A stretch of 64,000 bases of DNA, from the NCBI GenBank assembly GCA_951406725.2, contig OX597826.1, positions 78,864,001 to 78,928,000 of the forward strand, given 5' to 3'. Below are positions 55,382 through 64,000 of the stretch, one piece after another (within the stretch, counting starts at the first letter, position 1; each line of letters starts with the position of its first letter). The notes under the pieces are model-generated. The model had not been told where the DNA came from. It ran no database searches and worked only from the letters and a program-made list of their open reading frames with translations. A program made the position numbers and the translations under genes. Origin of the DNA: Octopus vulgaris (lineage: Eukaryota).

Positions 55382-55410
55382 TTTGTATAGCTGAAGACCC
55401 GACAAATGAA

Positions 55411-56545
55411 GTGAGTTCAAATCTTGAAAATGTTAAACATGTGTTCTCAGATTAAAGAGCACCTGGTTTTGAGTATAATAACTTTGCTGTCATCTAGTGC
55501 TGAACGAACATGAAGTATTAAAATGTCTCTCACTTTCTAGTTGAGTCGGCATGGGATTCTGAACGGAATGTTGTTTTTTTTTATATTTATGCAATTAAGA
55601 AGAAAAATAACTCTAGCATGGAGAAAGGGGTACTAAGCAAGAAAATTAGTGTTTTGTGTGCAGATTAGTTCCAATTTCTAGAAGTAAAATAAATGTTTTT
55701 GTACGTTTATAGCATAACTAAAGGAGTTGGTTTGAAATTTTGTCACTCCTGGTTTTTTTTTTTTTTTTAATCAGTGCCAGAAAAAAAAGGAGATTTAGGT
55801 CAAGAAATCAATGTTTATTGAATTAAGTTTGTAATAAGTACGTTGTCTTTAGGTAAGTTCAGTTGTGTTTGTGACACAAAAACCTGTAAAGATTTTTTCA
55901 CTGCTGTTTGCCAGAGAAAAATTCTTGCTTTAGGTTGACATCTTTTTAACTAAAGCAAGTTTTTTTTTGTTTTTGTCTCCACACTAAGCTGATGTGAAAA
56001 GGCTTCTGCAGACTCAAAGATGTGCTGAACATATTCAAGCTGATATATTCCCTCATTACTTTGTGCAACTATTTAGAAAATATCAATTATATAGTTACTG
56101 TTTTTTAATGTACAAAATTAATGGCTTAAAATTGTTTAATTCTTGAATAATTTCATTTTTCGAAATACTTTTTTTCTTGCCATAAGAATATCAAATCTGA
56201 AAATTTTAGTGAATCAATCAAGACAAGTATGGAAATACTAGATTCCCATGTGTAAATCTTGGCTGTGGGGAGTTGAGCTGAAACAAAATTGAACTGTAGA
56301 AAACTATTAGCTACCTTGTAGACTAATTTTCATATAAAAGAAAGATTTTGGTTTTTGTTTCCTGATATTTTAGATATTGTCTTGAATTGATTAAGACAAG
56401 TATGGAAATATATGCTAGATTTACACATGTAAATCTAACCTTACCTATTTTAGTATTTAGGTAACTCAAACTTTGTTGAATATTTGTTTTTGAGTCCTTT
56501 ATCTTTGTAATAAACTGGACTGTTGAATGTCAGACTTGGTGAATC
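55411..56545 (-). repeat. Arm 2 of the ~1.14 kb inverted duplication (upstream of the SUMO promoter)
   Basis: gtgagttcaaatcttgaaaatg...cagacttggtgaatc is the reverse complement of 39703-40842, with few substitutions and indels. Confidence 0.93.
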
Positions 56546-56579
56546 AACATCAAAAATTCGAATGGAAATTGTAATTAAG

Positions 56580-56901
56580 ACACCCGTGCTGGTGACATGT
56601 AAAAGCACCGTTCAAATGTGGCAATTACTAGCATCGCCTGATTGGCGTTTGTGTCGGTGGCACGTAAAAGCACCAACCAATCATGGCCGGTTGCCAGCCT
56701 GCTCTGGCTCCTGTGCCAGTGGCACGTAAAAAATACCCTTTACACTCATGGAGTAGTTGGCATTAGGAAGGGCATCCAGCTGTAGAAACACTGCCAAATC
56801 AGACTGGAGCCTGGTGCAGCCTCCATGGCTTACCAGACCCCGGTCAAACTGACCAACCAATGCTAGCATGGAAAACGGACGTTAAATGATGATGATGATG
56901 A

Positions 56902-56905
<4 letters not shown>
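56580..56905 (+). mobile_element. Family D element with (gat)n tail
   Basis: Family D consensus. Confidence 0.75.
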
Positions 56906-56972
<67 letters not shown>

Positions 56973-57231
56973 GATGTACATGTAATATGTACACATATAT
57001 ATACACATATATATACATGCATACATAGGTGCAGGTGCGGCTGTGTGGTAACAAACTTCATTCCTAAACACATGGTCCTGGGTTCAGTCCCACTGTGTGG
57101 TGACTTGGCACGTGTCTTCTGCTAAAGCCTCAGACCAACCAAAGCCTTGTCAGTGGATTTTGTAGACTGAAACTAAAAGAAATCAATCATATATATGTGT
57201 ATGTATATATGTAAGTCTATGTGTGTGTCTT

Positions 57232-57729
57232 TGTGTTTCTCCCTCATCACTGCTTCACAACTGCTGTTCATTTATTTACAGCCCCATAACTTACTGGTTT
57301 CACAAGAAGAAACTAATAGAATAAGTAACAGGCTTATCAACATAAAAAAAGCACTAGGCTGTGTCTCATATTTTTCTTTGCCCACTCAGTTATATCTATC
57401 AATTTATCTTTGTGTGTGTATATGTATATATAAATATATATAATACAAATAAGAAAATGGAGAAACAATTTAGTTTGTTCATCTGTGTTTCGCCTCATTA
57501 CTGCTTCACAACTGCTGTTTATTTATTTACATCCCCATAACTTACTGGTTTCAGAAGAAACTTATAGAATAAGTAACAGGCTTATCAACATAAAAAGCAC
57601 TAGGCTGTGTCTCATATTTTTCTTTGCCCACTCAGTTATATCTATCAATTTATCTTTGTGTGTGTATATGTATATATAAATATATATAATACAAATAAGA
57701 AAATGGAGAAACAATTTAGTTTGTTCATC
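57232..57729 (+). repeat. ~250-bp tandem duplication
   Basis: tgtgtttc..cctcat.actgcttcacaactgctg...tttgttcatc occurs at 57232-57483 and 57485-57729. Confidence 0.9.
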
Positions 57730-57786
57730 AACTTTCGGATATTAGAATGTTGAATTATTTATTCATTTAACAAAAATAAGAACCTT

Positions 57787-57817
<31 letters not shown>

Positions 57818-57843
57818 CATGTATGTATATGTGCACATTCATA

Positions 57844-58450
57844 TCTATTATATCAAAGTCAATGTCTTTATGTGTTCGTGTGTTACTTATACATTCAAAA
57901 ACTGCTGCACCGATCCTAATGAAATTTGGAACACAAAATCCAAGCCTAGGGAGAAGGGTAATGCTGTATGTTTCATACAATTTCATGGACCAAAATTACT
58001 GAATGGATCCTTATGATATTTGAAACTTAGATTCAATACATAAGGGTGGGTACAATGCAATATGTTTGGTTTGAATTTCAGATGGCTTAAAGGGGGCAGA
58101 ACCCTTATGAAAATTCATAAACTTTCGATGTTGATGAAATTTCAACCATGGGTAATTGACACACACCAAGAAGTATTCTCAAAGTTTCCACTTCACATGA
58201 GGATTCTAAGACACCTTAATGGGGGTCTTAACTCCCAAATTTTTAATCATTTCTTTTATGATCCAAAACTATGTCAAATATACTTTATGAATCTTTAGGA
58301 AATTTGGAAATTATATTCTATGCATAAGGGCCATAACCCCCATGACAATTCATATATTTTTACTGTTGATGAAATTTTAACCATACATATTAGATACAAA
58401 TGAAGTAATATTTATAAATTTTCATCTTCTTACAAGTTAGAAAGACCCCT
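57844..58450 (+). mobile_element. Helitron-like 5' segment
   Basis: A|TCTATTATATC start followed by gcaccgatcctaatgaaatttggaacac, typical of non-autonomous Helitron bodies; 3' end not seen. Confidence 0.45.
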
Positions 58451-59511
58451 TCAGTAAGGCAACGCTGGTAACGATCGCGCTCGATTGGTGCTTTTTACTT
58501 GCCTCCGTCACAGAAGCCAGTTTGCTGCTCTGGCAACAATCACGTTCGGATGGTGCTCTTAGCACTCCACTAGCATGGATGCCAGTCATCAAATTTGATT
58601 TCGATACATATGTAAATTAGATATTTACACAGATACTTGAAAAGGTATGCACCAGGTAGATTTGGCTAATCTCTGTGGTTCCAGCCTATGGTTGGTGAGA
58701 GTCAAAATATCAGATAGAATATTTTGGTTGTGTACATTGAGAAAACCAACTCTATGAATATTTACCACCTAAGGGGCTATTCCAAATCACGTGTTACTTT
58801 GAATAGTATGTTGTTGGTATACTCTAAGGCATCTGACAAGTCATAAGTTCCCTTAGTGTATTATAATCAATCATTTGTTTTATATGTTAAGAGGGAGTGA
58901 AAGTGCCATAACATTTTGAAGTAATCCTAATAGTTCTTCATAATTATGTTTACAGCACTAATTAATAATTCATCATAATAAAGTGCCCATCAATTAATTT
59001 CAATTATCTACTTACTGATATGTTGTAAAGTCCAACCGCCTATTGTCTGTAATGGGATTGACCAAAGTCCAGTGTTCGATATAATTGGTCAGATAGATTT
59101 TAAAACAAAAGGCAAGCTATTAAGACCATTATACGGGTCAGTATAAATAAATAAATAAATAAATAAAAGTATGGAAAAGTAGTACATATTGTAAGGGGCC
59201 TGAAAACCACTTGGAAAACTTCACCAAAACAAGCAAGGATAGAAAAATTTTTCAAATGATTTGAAGCAGCTTTACTTTTCCATGTTTAATAATAAAACAT
59301 ATTATTATACTTGTGTTTGTTTTGATATTAAGATTGAAGAAAATTGGCTTTGTTTGTAAAAGATTTTGGACCTAAGTTTGCACCCTGTAAACAGATTTCA
59401 TTCCCAGGCCATTGTATATAAAAAAAATAGACAAACATGTAGTATAATGGATATTTTTATCCCTTAGACAGTTATTCCAATCTTTAACTCAACTAACCTT
59501 ATATATATAAG

Positions 59512-59668
59512 AGTGGCTGTGTGGTAAGTAGGTTGCTAACCAACCACATGGTTCCGGGTTCAGTCCCACTGCGTGGTACCTTGGGCAAGTGTCTTCTGCT
59601 ATAGTCTCAGGCCGACCAAAGCCTTGTGAGTGGATTTGGTAGACGGAAACTGAAAGAAGCCTGTCGTA

Positions 59669-59719
<51 letters not shown>

Positions 59720-59945
59720 TTGTTTGTGTGTCTGTGTTTGTCCCCCTAGCATTGCTTGACAACCGATGCTGGTGTGTTTACGTCCCCGTCACTTAGTGGT
59801 TCGGCAAAAAGAGACCGATAGAATAAGTACTGGGCTTACAAAAAAAGAATAAGTCCCGGGGTCAAGTTGCTTGACTAAAGGCGGTGATCCAGCATGGCCG
59901 CAGTCGAATGACTGAAACAAGTAAAAGAGTAAAGAGTAAAAGAGA
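59512..59945 (+). mobile_element. SINE family B, full length with internal (TA)n
   Basis: Family B consensus end to end. Confidence 0.88.
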
Positions 59946-59961
59946 TATATATATATACATA

Positions 59962-60408
59962 CTAGCAATATGGACCAGCATTGCTCAGGTTTGTTTTTTA
60001 GTTGCACTTAAAACGGTAGACTTTGATGCCACGTTAACAAAGTTTTGACATAGTTTCAATTTTTCTTGAAAAGTAAAAATTTAGCATTATGTAGCTTGTT
60101 ATTCCCTTTAAGAGAACATTTTTCTGGTTGAAATACACCGAAAAATGGCGACACAGCAGTAAAAAAATCGTAAAAAATAGGGATTTTCATAGAGAAAAAG
60201 CACCTTTTTGATGTAAATAAATTTTGGTCTTAACATGGTTCGATTTGAATTTTTTCTTCTACAGAATGAAGAGCAAGCATTCTTCTATCATACTCTCAAT
60301 TTTGGTCAACTTGCACTGCAGGGTCTCGGAGGAGATAATGTTAGTTGAAGGCTACCAAACCTGCCACACACACACACACACAGACAACTTCAGCTTTATA
60401 TATGTAGA
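59962..60408 (-). mobile_element. Non-autonomous Helitron
   Basis: 3' end actagcaatatggaccagcattgctcagg is homologous to the 54985 element; A|TC 5' end at 60408. Confidence 0.7.
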
Positions 60409-61049
60409 TATATATATATATATATATATATATAATGTTAAGATCTAAGGCTCTTAAATATATTTTTTTAAAATTCCGTCTAATGATATAATGTAATACA
60501 TATATACTATAAATGCTCAGGTTGGTTTACCACTAAAACTCTGGTTTGAACAGCAGCTGAAACAAAGGTGGCTATAAGTTGTTTATCATTGAGCAGGCAA
60601 ATATATATTAGAAAGAGAGGTGAACAAGTAAAACATGTGGTATCACTTTAGAGCATGTAATTTATAATTCAAACAATTCCTGAGTGATTGTAGTAAATAA
60701 GGAATTAAGAAATAATATGTAAATTTCTCACAGATGTTTCTAGAGTATTTGAGCAAATGGATCATATGTCATTGAGCAAAGATTTCCATGTAAGACAATT
60801 ATTCCATCTTTGGAGAGAAAGAAATAAGGGATATCTTTAATAAATGACACAAGTAGTTACCAGTTCATCAAAGGGCTAAAGAACATCCTTAGTGAAAGGT
60901 AATAAGGGTTAGCACTTTCATGGTAAGAGAATTAAGGAATCCTTAGTAAAAGATATTAGCAGTTTGCAGTTCCATTGTTGAAGGATCAAGGAATGTCCTT
61001 AGTAAAAGATAAAAGAAGTTACAAGTTCCATCTTCAAAGGGAAAGGTAA

Positions 61050-61600
61050 CACGTGTCACAGGAAACTTTGTAAATCTCATAAAGAACTTGCAGAAGAATG
61101 TGGTGCGGCTTAAATGAAGGGTTAATCTACAATGTGATACTGTAAAAAATTAAATCATAGAAGCATATGCTCATAACACCCTACATGAGATCAGAAAAAT
61201 GGTTGAAGATTCCATATTTATTGGTATTATGGTATGGAACAAGAATCAATTATCGTTGTTATGTTTCTGAAAGCCAGGATGTCCATGAAGATTTTCTCCT
61301 GACTACACTCTGGAGACACTAACTAAGGTTATTCTGGATGTTTTTTGTTGCCTAAAACATTGAACTGGACTCAAAATTATGCTGCTTTTACCTTTGATGG
61401 TACATGTACCATGAGCAGAAACATTTCAGGCTTACAAAAGAGATTAAAAGACATGTTTCCTGCTACATATTTTGTACTCTGTGGAAACCACTCTCTGGAG
61501 CATGTCCTCCAAGAAGTTGGATCTACGGTTGTCATCGTCACTAATACATTGAACTTTGTCCACCAATCTACCATTCTTCTGAATGTGCTATGTTCAAACG
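61050..61600 (+). pseudogene. Decayed hAT (ZMYM1/DUF4371-like) transposase fragment
   Basis: FTFDGTCTMSRNISGLQKRLKDMFPATYFVLCGNHSLEHVL matches the hAT YDGAxxMSG...HCxxHxLNL pattern. Confidence 0.75.
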
Positions 61601-61739
61601 TTTGTAATGAGAATGTCATCATAGTGCAAGTTTGTATCTGTTGCACCAAACGAAAGAATCTTCAGTACACTTTACCGTTTAAAGACCTGACTCCGTACCA
61701 CAATGAAACCAAACCATCTGATACACTGCTACAATGCAT

Positions 61740-62220
61740 CATCATCATCATCATCGTTTAACGTCCGCTTTCCATGCTAGCATGGGTTGGACGATTTTGA
61801 CTGAGGGCTGGCGAACCAGATGGCTGCACCAGGCCCCAATCTTGATCTGGCAATGTTTCTACAGCTGGATGCCCTTCCTAATGCCAACCACTCTAAGAGT
61901 GTAGTAGGTGCTTTTTATGTGCCACCGGCATGAGGGCCAGTCAGGCGGTACTGGCAATGACCTTGCTCAAATCTTTTTACACATGCCACCGGCACAGGTG
62001 CCAGTAAGGTGACGTTGGTAACGATCACACTTGAATGGTGCCCTCTTACGTGCCACCGGCACAGAAGCCAGTTGGCTGCTCTGGCAACGATCACGCTCGG
62101 ATAGTGCTCTTGGCACCCCTACAAGCACGGGCACAAGTGCCAGTAAGGCAACGCTGGTAATGATCACACTCGTATGGTGCTCTTTGCACCCCGCTAGTCA
62201 TTGAATGCCAGTCATCGAAT
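61740..62220 (-). mobile_element. Family D element with internal subrepeats
   Basis: Family D tail on the minus strand plus repeated gtgccaccggcac / gccagtaagg units. Confidence 0.75.
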
Positions 62221-63315
62221 TGGTACATAAAAACTTGTGCAATGAAAATACTTTGGACATCCTCTTGGAAAACTTCATCACCAAAACAAGCAAGGATAGA
62301 AAAATGTTTCAAATGATTTGAAGCATTACTTTTCCATGTTTAATAATAAAACATATTATTATACTTGTGTTTGTTTTGATATTAAGATTGAAGAAAATTG
62401 GCTTTGTTTGTAAAAAATTTTGGACCTAAGTTTGCATCCTGTAAACAGATTTCATTCCCAGGCCACTGGCCACCTGATACCTATTATGCTGGGGACCTCA
62501 CAAGTTAGGTAGATTTATGAGACAGAGAACTGGTTATAAATGTCAAGTTTTTTCCTTGTAAGACTTGGGATTAGTCAACAGGTGACTGAAAGGGAGGACA
62601 CGAGACTAATAGAGAATAATTGGGAGTTCCACTGAGACAATTTGCAGAAAGCTACAGACCCAATCTGTGGTCACAGACCTTGACCAGATATTAGATTCAA
62701 ATTTTGGTACAAGGCCAGCAATGTTAGGGCAGTGGGGTGGGAGTCGATTACGTTAACCCCAGACTTCAAATGGTACTTATTTGATTAATCCCAAAAGAAA
62801 TGAAAGATAAAGTCGACCTCAGTGGAATTTCAACTCAGAACAAAAAAAAAATGGCCAAAGCTGCCAAGTATTTTGCCTGGTACACTAACACAGTTCCACA
62901 AGCTTGCCTCCTTAGACCATGACTAGATATTGCCAGAAGGAAGGTGACTTCACCATCAACATCATCATCATCATCATAATCATCGTCACCATTTAGCAGC
63001 CGTTTTCCATGCTGGCATGGGTTGGATGGTTTGACTGGAGCTGGCAAGCTGGAGAGCAGCACAAAGTTTCAGTCTGTTTTGGTTTGGTTCCTACAGCTGG
63101 ATGCCCTTCCTAACACCCACCACTCCACAGAGTGTAGTCAGTACCTTTTATGTGTCACTAGCACGGGTGCCTCTTATGTGTCACTGGCATGAGTGCCTTT
63201 TACACATCACCAGCACAGGCCACGACTACAATTTCCTTTGGCTTGACATATTTTCTCAAGCACAGCAAATCTCCAAAGATCTCAATCACTTGTCATTGCC
63301 TCCATGTGGAAGCAC

Positions 63316-63691
63316 TCCGTCAGTTACGATGATGAGGCTTCCGGTTGATCTGAATCAACGGAACAGCCTGCTCGTGAAATTAACGTGTAAGTGGCTGAGC
63401 ACTCCACAGACACGTGTACCCTTAACGTAGTTCTCGGGGATATTCAGCGTGACACAGAGAGTGACAAGGCCGGCCCTTTGAAATACAGGTACAACAGAAA
63501 CAGGAAGTAAGAGTGAGAGAAAGTTGTGGTGAAAGAGTACAGCAGGGATCACCACCATCCCCTGCCGGAAGCCTCGTGGAGCTTTTAGGTGTTTTCGCTC
63601 TATAAACACTCACAACGCCCGGTCTGGGAATCGAAACCGCGATCTTATGACCGCGAGTCCGCTGCCCTAACCACTGGGCCATTGCGCCTCC
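63316..63691 (-). mobile_element. tRNA-derived SINE family C, tail type 1
   Basis: Reverse complement of the 15851-16222 copy. Confidence 0.85.
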
Positions 63692-64000
63692 ACTATTGCC
63701 TCCATGAGACTCAACATTAAATGGTGGGAAAGTACCCCTGTACATTACAGCCATAAAAACAAAGAGACAGACCTGAAATGACAAGGAAAAAATGGGCTAC
63801 ATCAACAAAACCATGTGGCAGAAGGAAAGCTGAACATCAGGTGCACTTAGCAAATAGAGACACAGAATGTAAAAGGTTTACCAATTTCTTGTAGTAAGAG
63901 GATTGGCAGCATGAAGGGTTTTGGGTTGCAAAACAATGTGCTAGAGTGAAGATGTTGTTGGGAGAGAAGTGGGTTCAAAATGATAATGGTACGATTGCTG

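Overview
AT-rich, microsatellite- and SINE-dense eukaryotic DNA. The SINE families resemble octopus (coleoid cephalopod) repeats; this is an inference from memory, not a database hit. One protein-coding gene is well supported: a 4-exon SUMO2/3/Smt3-type gene on the minus strand (ATG 49869; coding exons 49852-49869, 42497-42628, 37093-37164, 35832-35900; 96 aa ending QQQTGG-GTDC), with CCAAT and YY1-like promoter motifs. The rest is tRNA-derived SINEs, non-autonomous Helitrons, TTAA MITEs and decayed Tc1/mariner, hAT, RTE and Penelope relics. Unexplained structure is concentrated at the SUMO locus. (i) A ~340-400 nt imperfect rod-like hairpin in intron 1 has mismatches that are mostly G-U on the plus (antisense) strand, with further candidate hairpins nearby. 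(ii) A ~1.14 kb inverted duplication brackets the promoter and exons 1-2. (iii) A 152-bp near-perfect SINE fold-back palindrome lies downstream of the gene. (iv) A candidate poison exon lies in intron 1. All alignments and folds were done by eye.
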